From: Octopus vulgaris
Taxonomy: Eukaryota
Direction of reading: 5' to 3'
Assembly: GCA_951406725.2 (NCBI GenBank)
Contig: OX597823.1
Location: forward strand, 99,386,001 to 99,450,000
Length of the DNA: 64,000 bases
Below, piece by piece: positions 36,896-51,031 of the stretch. The notes beneath the pieces were generated by a model. It saw nothing but the letters and a program-made list of their open reading frames with translations. It did no database searches and had not been told where the DNA came from. Within the stretch, counting starts at the first letter, position 1. Every line of letters starts with the position of its first letter. Both the position numbers and the translations under genes were made by a program.

Positions 36896-38094
36896 CTACT
36901 CATCTACGCATCGATACAGACACAAGTGTACACATTTTATATTTAAATTTTTCACAAGGTGGTAAACTTTATCCCCATCTAAACTTGTTTTCCTATTATG
37001 AAATTACATTCTTTTTTAAAATGGTGTCCAGAATCCTGTTTTTGGATTATATTTTGATTTTGTTTGGGCGTATTTTCTTTGATAAAGATTCTAAATTGGG
37101 ATAGGCTTGTTGTTACAAATTTTATCTCATAATTTATATATATATAATCTAGATGTAGTTGATAAAGAACCATTTTAAATTACCCTTACCCACAAAACTT
37201 CAAAACACTTTTAGTTTGTAAAGCAATACAAAATGAAATAAAAGTAGTTATCAAAAATGAAGACAATCTGAATTGATAGAACTGATCACTTGGAACTTTT
37301 TCTCTTGCAAGATATAAATAATGCAAGGAATCATTTCTTTAAAAAACTCTTACCAGTAACTTACATATTTTTGGACATGATTACATGCATTTTCCTAAGT
37401 TTAAATCACAACATAATGTATCGAATATACTCTGCTAAGTGGTTTGTGAATGAACAGAAACACTGTAAAACTGGAAGGACCCTTCAGTCTGACCAAGGGT
37501 ATTGGGTTGCTGCATCCAATATACTCTATTAAGTGGTTGATGTATGGGTATCAGCCATAAAAAATTGCCAAAAATAGAATATATGAGTGAAGCAGTGTCC
37601 TCTAACCCATCAAGGAAAGGCAATAACTAAAAAAAAAAAAAAACTCACTTTGGCATGATGTCTCATCCAACTCATGCCAGCATGGAAAGTGGGAAATGAA
37701 ATGATGATAAGGAAAATCAAAATGGCAAAAATAGAACATTGGAATAATTTAGTTTTGAGCATGGCCTTTTATCCTTTGTCGGATGAAACATGTAACAATC
37801 ATGTCATCTCATTTCTTTCAATAATTAAGTTTAAGTAAGAAACTTTTATTAACTCATCTTTGTTTTTCATCTTCATCATTTTAACATCAACTTTTTCATG
37901 CTTACATGAGTTAGACAATGACTTTGTTGAAGCAGACATCTCTATGGCCAGATGCTCCCTCGTTACCAAACCTCTTTCGTTTTTGAACAAGTTAATATTT
38001 CCTCTCTTCTCTATGGAACAATGCAGCACAGCTTGAACTGCTTTCGTGAACTGTTTCTTCATTTGCAAATATTGTGCACATGTCAAAACAAATA

Positions 38095-38272
38095 TATGCA
38101 CACACACACACACACACTGGTCACCTTTCAGTTTCCGTCTACCAAATTCCTATCACAAAGTATTGATTAACCAATGGCTATAGTAAAGGACTCCAGTCAA
38201 TAGTGCTCATGGCTAATAGAACTCCACACCACATGGCTCAGACGCAAATATCTTAATTGCACAGCCATGCTT
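38095..38272 (-). mobile_element. SINE family A degenerate 5' half
   Basis: CTTTCAGTTTCCGTCTACCAAATT...CACAGCCATG. Confidence 0.6.
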
Positions 38273-39171
38273 ACAACTACAACTATCTTTGCTAATTCAT
38301 AATCTTATATTCCTTTTATTAACCATTCTGCATCCATTCTATTTCCTTCATCAGCTTTAATCTTTGCTATTGTTTTGGTTCCCAGACTAAATGTTCCTAT
38401 TTCAATTATTTTCAAAAAAATAATTTTCGTGTTTTATAACATGTAAATCTTTTCAATCTTTGAAGGGTGCCTCATGGTACAGAATCTCAACAACTGGCTG
38501 AGAGGTCGGTAAGTCTAAACCATGTTAGCCATTCTGCTGTGGTTTAATACATTACTCAGCCTGTCCAGCTGAAAATATAACTGCAGATTTCACAATTGAA
38601 TAGTAAATATTAAGAAGGATATGTAATCATAAAGTACTGATAGTATGAAACAAAGGTAAACAAGTAAAATATATTCATGTAAAGACATATTGAAAAATTC
38701 TTCTCCTAGAGGACTTGCGCAGAAACACATATTGAGCTGTGCATGATGTCTTTGGATCTTAAGATGCATGTATTTCTGCATTTATTTGCATTGTGAACTA
38801 CAGACACCAGCTCTGTCATTCACAGATATGGAGTTTGTTTCCATGATAGGAACACCATTACATCCTTGCTTCTGAAATATTTTTATTTAATTATTATTTT
38901 TTTGTTTTGCCTACATATTTCTAAATCTTAAATAGTCTTTAATTTATGAATTGTAGATTAATTTTGACTGTATTTGTTACTTCAAATAAGTAGATTGCAT
39001 TAAAAAAATCCTGCTAACGAATAATGTTTGAGTAATTTGTATGAAAATGATGACAGATTTGCCAAATCTTCTAATCAATGCATGTCAAGATTTCAGTTGA
39101 AAAAATTTTTTTCCTTTTTGCCGGATAAAACACGATCACACATTTGCGTAGCAGTAAATGTAGAAATGGTT

Positions 39172-39535
39172 TCATCATCATCATCATCGTTTAACGTCCG
39201 TTTTCCGTGCTAGCACGGGTTGGACGGTTCGACCGGGGTCTGGGAAGCCAGGAGGCTGCATCAGGCTCCAGTCTGATCTGGCAGTGTTTCTACAGCTGGA
39301 TGCCCTTCCTTACACCAACCATTCCGTGAGTGTAGTGGGTGCTTTTTACGTGCCACTGGCACAGGTGCCAGGGGAGGCTGGCAGCAGCCACGATCGGTTG
39401 GTGCTTTTTACATGCTACTGGCACAGAAGCCAGTCAAGGCAGCGCTGGCATCAGCCACGTTCAGACAGTGCTTTTTACGTGCCACCGGCACAGGGCTCAC
39501 AACTACAATTTCCATTTGATATTTATTTTGATATT
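39172..39535 (-). mobile_element. RTE 3' UTR fragment with three hairpin modules
   Basis: (CAT)n CGTTTAACGTCCG...CAGCTGGATGCCCTTCC followed by three GTGCTTTTTAC(G/A)TGC modules. Same subfamily as 34130-34506 and 51032. Confidence 0.9.
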
Positions 39536-40768
39536 CATATATTTGTTTATCAACTCCTGCATTTATAATTTCAATCTCTCTTCCATTGTAGGGAAATGTT
39601 TGTTAAAATCATTTTGTACCTGGTTTGATCATTGATTGGAAAGATCTTGACCAAATGTTTTGTGAGTAAGAGATTTTTTTTTTTGTTACAACTGTGCAAT
39701 TTGAAGTTCTATTTAAGACAATATCCATTAGTTGTTAGTAACAGATTCAGCAGATGAACTTTTGAAGTAAAAGTTCTTATCATAAATGCTGAACAAATGA
39801 CTTGTATTCTTCAGTAAAATGCTTTGTGTTCTTGAGCAAGACAAAATGAACTGATGCAAATAAATACCTTACTTAACTCTAGGAAAGTTGCTATGTTATT
39901 GGGTAGTGGCATATTCAAAGGAGATGTTTGTTTCTCTTCTGCTTAACCATTTTGATACCAACCCAGGTTAATAATGACTAAGTCAAAAATATTTCTTAAT
40001 TATTTCCAAAACAATTGAAACACAAGCAGTGTATTTCAACAGAGAAATGATAACAAAATAACTAAAGCTAAGGGGGAAAAAAACCCCCTATAAATAAATG
40101 AATAGTGAACCCATATAAGCCATTACTGTAAATTTCTGTAATTAACCGAATGTATGAGAATAGAAGAACTGAGATAAGATATCTAAGAAGTTTCAGACGA
40201 TTACTAATTGTCTGATGTGTAAAAAGAATTGCAGTTATGTTTTTTTTTCTAGATAACATTTGAAGTTAAATTATGAAATTAAAATCATTCTTTTTAATAT
40301 TTTAAGAATTTTCAACCACACCTTTCTTGATAAGATCATCAATTAAGCTGCATCTCTAGAAATTATAAAAGTATTTAGGGAACTGTTACCAATTCCATTT
40401 TAATAGGTTCTGTCTTATACTAGCAGACAAGTATACATGCTAATTGTGAATTTGAGTCTTTACAAGTATAATGCTGTCTTTTGGTACAAAACACTTGACT
40501 TGCACCACCAAGAAGATGATTCCCACAGTTTCTGTTAGAGCAAAGTTTTAAGTTAATCACTTTGAATGTTGAACAATAAACGATTAGAATAGAACATTCT
40601 CCAGACTATTTTTATAAAAATTTTCTTGCTGCATTTAAATTGCAGATTGCTATTTTAGTAAATTTAATTTTTGAAATAATTTTATATCTGACCTTGGAGA
40701 ATACTTGATGTAAATAATTTTTTTTTATATTCTCAAATAGTTTTCTCCTTTCTCTGCTTAGTTTTCCA

Positions 40769-41162
40769 GTGGTAAGTAGCTTGTTTACCAACCACATGGT
40801 TCCAGGTTCAGTCCCACTGTGTGGCACCTTGGGCAAGTGTCTTCTACTATAGCCTTGGGGCGACCAAAGCCTTGTGAGTGGATTTGATAGATGGAAACTG
40901 AAAGAAGCCCGTCGTATCTATGTATATATACGTGTGTGTATGTTTATGTGTCTGTGTTTGTCCCCCTAGCATTGCTTGACAACCGATGCTGGTGTGTTTA
41001 TGTCTCCGTTACTTAGCGGTTCGGCAAAAGAGACCGATAGAATAAGTACTGGGCTTACAAAAGAATAAGTCCTGGGGTCGAGTTGCTCGATTAAAGGCGG
41101 TGCTCCAGCATGGCCACAGTCAAATGACTGAAACAAGTAAAAGAGTAAAGAGTAAAGAGAGT
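40769..41162 (+). mobile_element. SINE family A, nearly full length
   Basis: Reverse-complement match to 912-1323, including the B box and (AAAGAGT)n tail. Confidence 0.9.
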
Positions 41163-41421
41163 TATATAGATCTTGAATGTAATATAAATAATGATGAAAA
41201 AAAAAACTCATAAAGATATAATATGCTACATGAATTAGTAAAACAAACAATTAGTAAACTGGTAAAAACATGGAGCTCAAAGGAGGCCGAATGGCTCTAA
41301 TACTGTACAATAGTGCAGAGGTATTGTTTGATGCAATAATTTAGATTTGCATCGTGATATGTAGTTATTGAGTGGATTCAGCTTTGCTGGAAGATATCCA
41401 ATCATTATTTTATGCTTGCTT

Positions 41422-41632
41422 AAGGTGGCAAGCTGGTAGAATTGTTAGTATGCCAAGCAAAATTCTTAGTGGCACTTTGTCTGTCTTGATGTTCTGATGT
41501 GCTGTTGAGGTCGACTTTGCCTCTCATTTTTTAAGGGTCGATGAAATGAACACCAGTTGAGAACTGAGATCAATGTTATCAACTTGTCCCTCCATCCTAG
41601 AAACTGCTGGTACTGTGTTGAAATTTGAAACC
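41422..41632 (+). mobile_element. SINE family B (tRNA-like head, Nin/Deu-like central domain)
   Basis: AAGGTGGCAAGCTGGTAGAAT head, then GAGGTCGACTTTGCCTCTCAT...GGGTCGATGAAATGAACACCAG, which resembles the Nin/Deu SINE core. Confidence 0.7.
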
Positions 41633-41649
41633 ATTATTTTATGTTTGCT

Positions 41650-41835
41650 TACCATGGGTTGGACAATCCAACAGGATCCAGAACACCAGAGGATCATGCT
41701 TTGCTCCAGTATCTCTGGTTTAACATGGCCTCTACAGCTGGATGCCCTTCCTAATGCCAACCATTTTACAGAGTGGCCTGGATGCTTTCTGCATGGCATC
41801 TGTACTAGTGAAGTCGCTTTGAAACTTCCAAGACT
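41650..41835 (-). mobile_element. RTE 3'-tail fragment
   Basis: CCATGGGTTGGAC...CTACAGCTGGATGCCCTTCCTAATGCCAACC. Confidence 0.75.
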
Positions 41836-41929
41836 GAAGAACCCCAACAACTGAGAGTAGGAAAGTGGGTGGAGGCTTTAGGTAAGGCCTTGAGAAGTTA
41901 AAGCATGATGGGAGAAACAGGTTTATTGT

Positions 41930-41968
<39 letters not shown>

Positions 41969-42221
41969 AATACTAACAGGAGCAGAGACAGGGGAAAGGA
42001 GGAGTAGAAAGGAAAGAGAAAGAGTCATGTTAGGAGTTAATGAAAGAAAGTTGGTGATAAGGAGGACAGTGGGGCTGGTTGGGTGGGAGGAGATTCAGAG
42101 CTACTCTGCATTATATGGGGTGGATTGGAGTAGTGCCAGAAAGAGAGATAGAGATGATGATTGAAAGCCAGAACATGACCTCAAGATATTATCCTCTTGC
42201 ATTTAATATTGGTCGAATTGG

Positions 42222-42518
42222 TAGAGCCCCACCTTACTCTCCTGACTTGGCCCCCTCCAACTATCCCCTTTTTCTACAACTGAACAAACATTCCAAAGGA
42301 ATGAAATTTCACTCTGATTTGGAAGAGATTGCTGCTATAGAGGTCTGGTTGGAAGCCTGACTTTCCAAGTTCTTTTTATAGGGCTTTGAAAAACTGAAGG
42401 ACCACTGCAATAAGAATGTGAATCTGAGAAGGGATTACATTGAATGAAATCATAATTAACTGATCCTCCTGTATTTTCTTTTATCCAACACCAGGAACTT
42501 TTCATCACTCCCTCGTAA
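42222..42518 (+). mobile_element. mariner transposase 3' remnant with right TIR
   Basis: PPYSPDLAPSNYPLFLQL motif; ends CCAGGAACTTTTCATCACTCCCTCG-TA. Confidence 0.85.
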
Positions 42519-44689
42519 GGTACAAACTATTTCTTTGATATATACAGAAATTGAGTCTTTATGCTGCTGAAAGAGATAAGGTTGTCTTGTTCCTTTTGAA
42601 AGCTGATCTATTGATTGTCATCATTATCAGCTTTATGTTCTTGATCATCAGTTATGTTGTGGAGTTGTTTAGTATTCAGCTCTAATTGAACAGATCTGTT
42701 GCACACAAATACTTAATCAAATTTCTTGCTTTGACCCACAGGTCTACCATTCCACATATTCCATATTTCTCACTAGCAAAACATCATAATCCATGCTCTG
42801 ACATGTAGTGGTTAATCATATGGAGACTAGTGTTGTAGTCAGGACAACTTCTACTCTACACTGCAATTTATTATGTACGCCTGTAGATTCTGGTTATGGC
42901 CACCAATGCAGAAAATGGTGGTCATGTTTGGTTTCATTTACTATTGATGGTGTATGTTTTAGCAGGGCTTGTGACCAAGAGACTAGCTAATATTTTTTTG
43001 TAAATGTGGTTTAAGTTTGAGCTCAACAGAGAAGTTAGTGGAATCTTTTACATTGTTGCTTGTTTTGCTAAAATTAGCACCTAAATTTCCTTCAGTGTTC
43101 ATCCAACTACCTTGAAAATGTGTTGGATTTATCAGTGAGACTAATTATGGTGGACTGGATGTTTCATGGTATCGAGAGTAGCAATAAATGTTCTGAAATT
43201 AAACCCTATCAGTCTTTCATCCCTCACATGCCCAGCATTTTACTGGGTCTGAGTCAGTCATCTCCAACATTTCCTTCTTGTCAAAAGTAGAAATTTTCTT
43301 TTGTTTTATGTAAATAAAAACAAATGGTTTTGAGCTTTCCTTTCTCACTTGACTTGCTCCTAGTAAACTTAGCTAAAAACAAAATTCTTCTCATGCAAAA
43401 AACAATGTTTAAAAATTACTCAGGGTGGAACTCACAAACCAAATACTAAAAATAAACATGTTTCATAGAAAAGATCAAAGAACTATTTCACACTGATTTG
43501 TATAAATCTGGAAAACGGAAGTTTCAAAACTGTTGAAGAGTCAAGAGACGAAGGTCTGAGTAGAGAGTAAGAATGTGGTGGTAGAACAACACCTGCAACA
43601 AGTAGGGTGGCGATTATAAAAGAAAAGGGCAACATGCCAAGACAGGGCTGTGGTGATGGCACAATAGTTTGAGATTTATCCTGAACAGAATAAGTAATGA
43701 AGCAAGCACCATTCTTTAGATAATGTTTGGAATGTTGAATGTAGTTACAAGAACACTACTTAATGTATTGGAACATAATTTTCCTTTGAGATAACAAACT
43801 AATGTATGTCTTTTTAGCATCAGATTCTATAAATGATAATGGTGAAGCTGATTTGAATTATAAATTTCAGTTTATATTCCCCTCATCTCTCTTGTATGAA
43901 TTTAGAAAGCAGAGTTGAAATTAAAGATAGAATATAAAAATTCATTGAATGAGATTCATAGTTTCTTTTTATTTGGTCTCAGTTTAAAAATTTCTAAGCA
44001 CAGCTTTCTAGTCAGGGTTTCTCAAACTGGGGTATACATATCTCTAACAATATGCAAGAGAAATTATATATATATAAAAAAAAAACTGGACTTTTGAAGT
44101 ACTTACAGTCGAATGAATGCAGTTAATATGCCTCAAAAATGCCTGGAGAGCTTTTTGCTATTTCCCACCCATTTATCTTTCTAATCAAGGGTTTTCAGTA
44201 ATGTTTATAATCAAAAACAATTTTTGTGTAAGACTGTCTTGTGTGCCTCTCAGAAACTGTGCACAGAACTGAGTTACTTGTTAGAAAGAGCTGTTTAAAG
44301 TCATCCCGTTAAAAATGTAACCCATCAAACTGAAATGATTTCTTATATAGACACAAGTTCAGGAATTTTGTGGGAGAGAGCAGTTGAATAATTAACTTGA
44401 TTAGTACTTTCTTTCATCAACCCCAGAAAATGGAAAGTTGACCATGGTAAGGTTTTAACTCTTTAAATTAAATCTATTACAAATATACGTGTTATCTCTT
44501 TCACTGTTTTTTTCCATATGGAGTATGCCAATACCGTTGGGTGCAATGAAGAGGTATGTTGGAAGAAAAAGTTACTGAGATATGTGATACATTTAGATAG
44601 CAACGCATATGAGGTGGGATAATATCAGAGTCAAGTCAACAAATATGTTAGTAGGAAAAACGTTGATTGCATTCATCTCATGGTGATGG

Positions 44690-45530
44690 ATGACTATAAA
44701 TCACATAGAGCCATTGTTATTAGCCTATGTTGTGAGAGTTGAGAATATTTTGCACAATGAATATGGCATGATGAAGGTTTCTGCTCAGTGAGGGACATGT
44801 CCTCTGACACCTGATCAAAAGTACACTAGGCTGATCACATCACGAGAAAATCTAACATTGTTTGAGGCAAATCCAGCTGGTTTCCTTGAACATTTCCTAA
44901 CCTGGGATGAATGTTGGGTTCAACACTTTGTGCTAGAGACAAAGAGACAATCTATATAGTGGAAATACCTGCTTCACCTGCTCCAAAGAAGGCCATGGTC
45001 GTTTCATCTGAAGGGAAGGTCTCAACTTTTGGATGCGAAGGGCATTGTGTTTATTGACTATCTCCAAAAGGGCCACACCATCAATGCAGAATACTATACC
45101 AAGTTGCAAAAAACTGTCAAGACCAAATGCCCAGGAAAACTGATAAAAGGATCCTGCTTCATCAGGATAATGCTCCAGCGAACAAGTCCTTCGTTTGAAT
45201 GATTGTTGTGTGTGACTTTGGCTTTGAACTGGTTGCTCATCCTCCCTATTCTTATGATCTGGCTCCATCTGACAATCATTGGTTCCCTAAGATGAAAAAA
45301 CACTCAGCTGGGAACCATTATCACAGTGATGGCAATGTCACATCTGCTGTTGATGACTTTTTTGATGAACAGAATGAAAGCTTCTTCACCAATGGGATCC
45401 AAGCACTGCAGCACCGATGGAAGAAGAGTGTGGACTGCAGGGGGACCTTGTCGAAAAGCAAACCTCATTTGGTCACATTCCAAGAGAGTATTTTGGTCAG
45501 CCCATGGACTTTTCTGCTGACTCTTGTATA
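44690..45530 (+). mobile_element. mariner remnant (irritans/Himar1-like)
   Basis: MKVSA..., LTxDECWV, GIVFIDYLQKGHTINAEYY, LHQDNAPA, GFELVAHPPYSYDLAPSD, GIQALQHRWKK; TIR-like end at about 45495-45530. Confidence 0.88.
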
Positions 45531-46379
45531 TGTCTTCCCCAGACTGGATTCACTAGTCTCATGGTTCGCTACAGTATACCCATGCCAAAAGATTGTAAAA
45601 CATGCTGTACATATGGAAAGGTCTGCAAATCTATTGGTGGGTTTAGAAAGATATAGTACCACACATAGAAATATATATCTGCATATTGATGTGCAAACAA
45701 AGCTGTCAGGCCTACCAAAAGGCACACAGAATCTTGGTAGGCCATTGTTGAAAGTATGATTGTTTTAATAACTAGTGATGGGTAGCCATCATGCACATAT
45801 GTATATATTTATGTGTGCTGGTGTGTATGTATATATTTGTGTGCTTGCATGTATGTATATGTATATATTTATGTGTGCTGGTGTGTATGTATATATTTCT
45901 GTGCTTGTGTGTGTGCACATAAGCAAGCTCAAATGCTGTTATGTTTTATTACTAAAATCTGCCAGAGATTTACATATAGGAAAATATTTCTCAACTGCAG
46001 AAATTTTTAGTTTATCAATTTTGATATTGCTTTTCTTTTACATTTTATGTGTGGTATTTTGAATTTACTAAATTTAATTTAGCTTTAAATACCAATTGAA
46101 GTTTCATGTCAACTGTAATTCATTAGAATTTCCAAAAGGTAACATTTATTTAAAAAATCTGATCTTTTCTTTCAAAGAAAACTATAATTTTGTGCTTGCA
46201 ATGTTATCAGACTTGTAGCATCTGGAATATGAGGAAACTGTTGAAGATCTGAGTTGGTAAGAATTAATCTAGAAGAGTTCAGTAATCAGAACTGCTGTGA
46301 AGCGTAAAAAAAAAAGTTTGAATACTTGGAACACTTGTCCCTCTCTGAACAGTTTAGAGGTTGTTGTCATTTGGGACAT

Positions 46380-47270
46380 AAAACTGCAGATGGGAAAATG
46401 AATAAAGAGAGGAGGAGAAGAGGGCAAAGCAAGTGGGAGGAGGTGCGATAAGTGGGAAAAAGGGCTGGAGGAGTTAAAATTTATAGCAAGATCCAGTATT
46501 TTTTAAATGGGTGATAGGTGGCAAGGTCCAGACCAGATTGGTTTGAAGAAAATGAGAATGTAAGGCAAAAAAGGGTGATATAATGCACTGAGGGAGGAGA
46601 AGAAAAATGAGTTGGTAGAGATTTGAAATTAGTAAGGAGTGGTCAGTAAATAAAGAATTGAAGCTATAAGGAATGTAAAGAATTAAGAATCTAGAATCTG
46701 TAAGGAGTGGTTAGAGTTATAGAGATCAAAATGTTTAGAGAAGGAAGGCAGAAATGTATAGTAGTTTGTTATAAAAGGAGGGAAAAGAGCTGAGGTATGA
46801 AATTAAAGTATAACAGTAAAGAGGGACACCAACTATAATAAGCAAGACATGTACGAAAGTCAATGACTGTGTGAACAGTAATATGCAATCTATGCACAAA
46901 ATTGTGCATAACATACAACCATATAGTATGTACACACACACACACACATGAACACATGCACACACATACAAACACACACACATTAATCTCAAAGCACCAG
47001 CAAAAACAGCTTTTGAGGTTAAAGGGGTCGAAGGTGAAGGCAGAATTGTAGGGAGTTGTATTAAGGCCATATGGGGCAGAAATTTCCCATATGCATTGCT
47101 CTTTGTGGGTGTCATGAGAGCCAAAGTGTTGGAAAATATCTCAGATTCAGAGGTGGTCAAAGAAATGGCTTTTGGTTTGAGAACTCCTTGAGCATTGTTC
47201 CAAATGTCCAGAACCTGTTCTCCAAAGGGCAACCTATTTCATCCAAGAATAGTGCATGGTAGAGCATTTT
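46380..47270 (-). mobile_element. Possible Penelope-like GIY-YIG C-terminal and 3' remnant, highly degenerate
   Basis: Minus-strand frames give DEIGCPLENRF (compare GETGRxLxxRF) and ISAPYGLN (compare TLxPxGLN), followed by a pyrimidine-rich tail. Confidence 0.4.
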
Positions 47271-50200
47271 TTTTTTCACTATGAGTCATGTTTGTTTCCA
47301 GGCTATATTTTCTGTCTGACTCATTCTGAGAATAACTCCTTTGAACTGAGTGGAATCTGAAAATGATAAACTTTATGGTTTCCGAAAAGGTGTTTTAAAA
47401 ATATATTCCAACCATTTGCTTGGATGAATCATGACAAATGTTATTTTCCTGTTAATACCTGATTTGAGAGTAATTTAATTTGGTAGATGTTTAATTTTAA
47501 TTTCCTTTGAAACTCCATTGGCTACAATTATCGAACATTTTGTTATGTGAATTAAAATGCAGCTCTTCAACTTGGACCAAACCAGCTCTTCTATGCATTG
47601 AAGTTTATTACATTAGCTTCTACCCAAGTCTGTCATCTCTAAAAAGGATCTGATACTGAGGAATATGATAAAATTCTGGAAGAATATGTGTAATAAGAGT
47701 TTTTTGATCCAAGATGTACAATTCATAAAGTTGGAAAATAACCATTGGAGAAAAAGGATTTCGGTACAATAAATTTGGTGAACAGGCAACCAAAATAGTG
47801 CAGTTCCCATTCTGTTTTGGCATAATGTGAGTATGTCTTATTGGAATTGAGTTTGATTGCAGAACAGGAATAAATATCCACCACAACATTTTAAAAATCT
47901 TGCATGAATGCAAAAAAAAAAAAAATTGCAACAATTCTTTTTTCTTCTTTTTGTTTTTTTTAAAGTTTTTTAGTTAAATTTCATTTTTGCATTTGGTTTG
48001 CAAGATTCTTAATGTCAAATAGTTCATTGAAACAAATCTTGTTGTATTTTGAGAGGTCCATTACGCCAATATTAAGCACACACACTGGTTTTATTTCACT
48101 TCTTTTATTATTAGTTGACCAGTTAACCATTTAAATAATTGATTGTTTGATTAATCAGTCAATCATTCAATCAGCTAAGTTCATCTGCTAGAAATCCAAT
48201 TACACTTTTTAATACTCACTTTTTGCACTGAGCACACAGTGTTGAGCTCCTACCTGAACCCTACATGTACAGCAAGATCATTTCCCAATCAACATTCTCA
48301 TTAACTGGTGCTTATTTATTGATATGTTGACCTTTAAGTGCTTTGACCGTTAATCCTGCTTTCAAGATTGGAACATTTTCTATCGTTCAACAGATTCAAC
48401 TATAAGAATCAGGTAATCACCATCTAAACTTCTGAAGCACAAGCAATCCTGAACTTTTCTGGTAAGGCCTCAAGAAATATAATTATTATTATTCTCCCCA
48501 GCAAATTTGTTGCCATTGTGCCAATATAATGACCATTATTTTTACAGTGTTAGAGATGGCCATAATCACTAAAAGCAGATTTGTTTTAATCTGTGTAATA
48601 ACATCTATGTCCACTTTCTCAGACTTATTATAATTATCATTGTTAAAAAATAGGGAGTTGACAGAAAAGCAGAGTGAGGGACAAATCGTTTTACAATGTT
48701 TATATTCTTCCCTCTTTATTTGGAACTTAATTCTTGCTGGATTTAATTTTGGTTTTGCTGCTCAAAACAAATAAAAATCATTCAGCTGGTTTAGTCAGTT
48801 TACTGTGTCTCCTTGATTTGTGGCCTTATGCAAGTGTGATTTGGTATCATGAATGCCAGAAGGCATGAGATCATAAAAGCTGGTGGGGAAATTTTCCTGG
48901 CATAAAATAAATTAGTCATTTTGGAAGAAAATATTGATTTCCACTTGAATGAAAATTTGCAGAGTTAAGGAATGACACTGTGTGACATTCATGTTTTCCA
49001 AAAGACATCAATAGCCTAAATGAAGTTAATTAAACTAATTTCAATTGGGAACCAAAGCTAGCTTACTGGAAATTCACCAATTACTCCACAACACTTGTCA
49101 CAGCAACAGAGAAAAAAGTTTTTAGTTTGCAGCAGGGAACAATTTTGTTTAAGTCATGTTGGTTATTTCTGAAATTTAAATGAGTGTCAATGGGGGAGAT
49201 AAATAAGCAATTCTGTAGATTGTATAACATTTCTTTTATAAGTTACAATAATAAAATAACAAATAATTTTCTTTTGGTATGAAATACTCAACTTGTAATC
49301 CCAAAATTAAGATTGCAAATACAAATGAGCAATGGCCTTTCCATTTTTCTAAAACTACAACAGATGCTCTTGAAATTCTAATAAAAATCAACATCCTGAT
49401 AATCATCCAAAGTATTTTAAAATGGTAAAAAGTTCCTCTAAATCATTGGTGAGATGGTAAAGAGTGATAAATAAGACCAATTGAGAAATGTGAAATACAC
49501 CATGGATACCTTGACAAAGTATATTGACTTTGTTGGTTTTAAAGATAAAAGACAAATAATGGATGCTAATTTAATGAGGTTATCTATCAATGAATGAAAA
49601 CTATAATTGTAATTGCAAATTAAAATACCACAAAAACTTTACTGAAGTCAAACATAGTTGGAAATTGCTTAGCAACAAGTTGCACACCGTTTCTGCCTTT
49701 TCATTTACCTGACACTGAAGAGATACAGAAGGACTAATGTAAGGGTGGAAGAAGTGAAGAGAACTCTCAGCTCTGTTAGCAAAAGTCTGAATGTGTGAAA
49801 CTTTGTAGAAAAGTATGATGAGCGCTGAATATGGAGGCTGAAGATAAATAAAGAAAACATGTTCTGTTTTATTTGTAATGCTTCCATGCATGAAAAGTGG
49901 AGTTAAAATAATGGTGAGGCATTAAAAGCATCAACAAATGTTGAAATGGAAGCAAAGAGAACAGTGCTTGGACAGGCTTTTGATACTAATTGCAATGACT
50001 ACTGGGGGACAAAGTGGTACATTGTTGGAGATCGGGGCTTGTTATAAAAAGACTGAGAAGGGCATAGTATCTCTGGATACTGGGCTCCATCGATGATATG
50101 CACAAAATATTGAGTATACAGCTCATGCCAGATTAAACATAGAAATGAAATAGCTGGTATTTAAGCAGAAACTACATATTCTATTGGTCAGGCTGATATA

Positions 50201-50907
50201 TAGCTAACTATTGATCTCATTATATTACTGATATTTAAGTAATTCCATACAGATGAGATGTAAAATGATTTTACAAAATTGCAGTGAACCAAAATTAGCA
50301 TTATATTTCTAATTTAATGTTTTACCTGGTTTGATTTTGTACATTTTGATTTCATTTTTTATATATTATGATTTAAACTTTCATCCCTTCTTGGTAGCGC
50401 CAAGCAACATCTAACATCCAGTATTTTGTTTAAAAAGAAAAAAGCTGAAACAAACTGCACAAATTCCCATCCCATTCTTTAATGATTCAAATGTTGCAAT
50501 TGGATTTACATGGATTCTTATGACAAAAGAGCATGAAATGGAAAAGAACAAATATCTCATTTCTTTTTTTTATTTTAGGAAGAAACTTATGTATGTAGAT
50601 GTATATGTTTGTGTGGGTATATATATGTGTGTTTGTATATATATGTGCTTGTGTATGTATGTGTGTGTATATCTATCTATCCATATACTAGCCTCTCTCT
50701 CTCTTTCTATATATATTAATAATTGTTAAATTTCTAAATAATATAAATTAATTTATGTATTGGATTAAGTCTTTCTTTGTTTGATTTGCATAATAGTGGT
50801 TTTGTCTCTAATTTAATATAATATAATATTTTACTATAAAATTGGATTCAATCCTAAATCTGATTTTTCCCTGTAAGTTTGGATTTATTCCCTAATATTT
50901 ATTATTA

Positions 50908-51031
50908 ATATATATATATATATATATATATATTCACACACACACATAATATATATATATATATACGTACATACATACATACATTCATATATATATATAT
51001 ATGTATATGTGTGTGTATATATATATATATA
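50908..51031. repeat. TA/CA/TACA compound microsatellite
   Basis: Direct inspection. Confidence 0.9.

Noticed and set aside
45199-45759. 186-aa ORF as a SETMAR-like host gene
   Set aside because: Only a frameshifted mariner C-terminus running into flanking DNA; no SET domain and the upstream part is disrupted.
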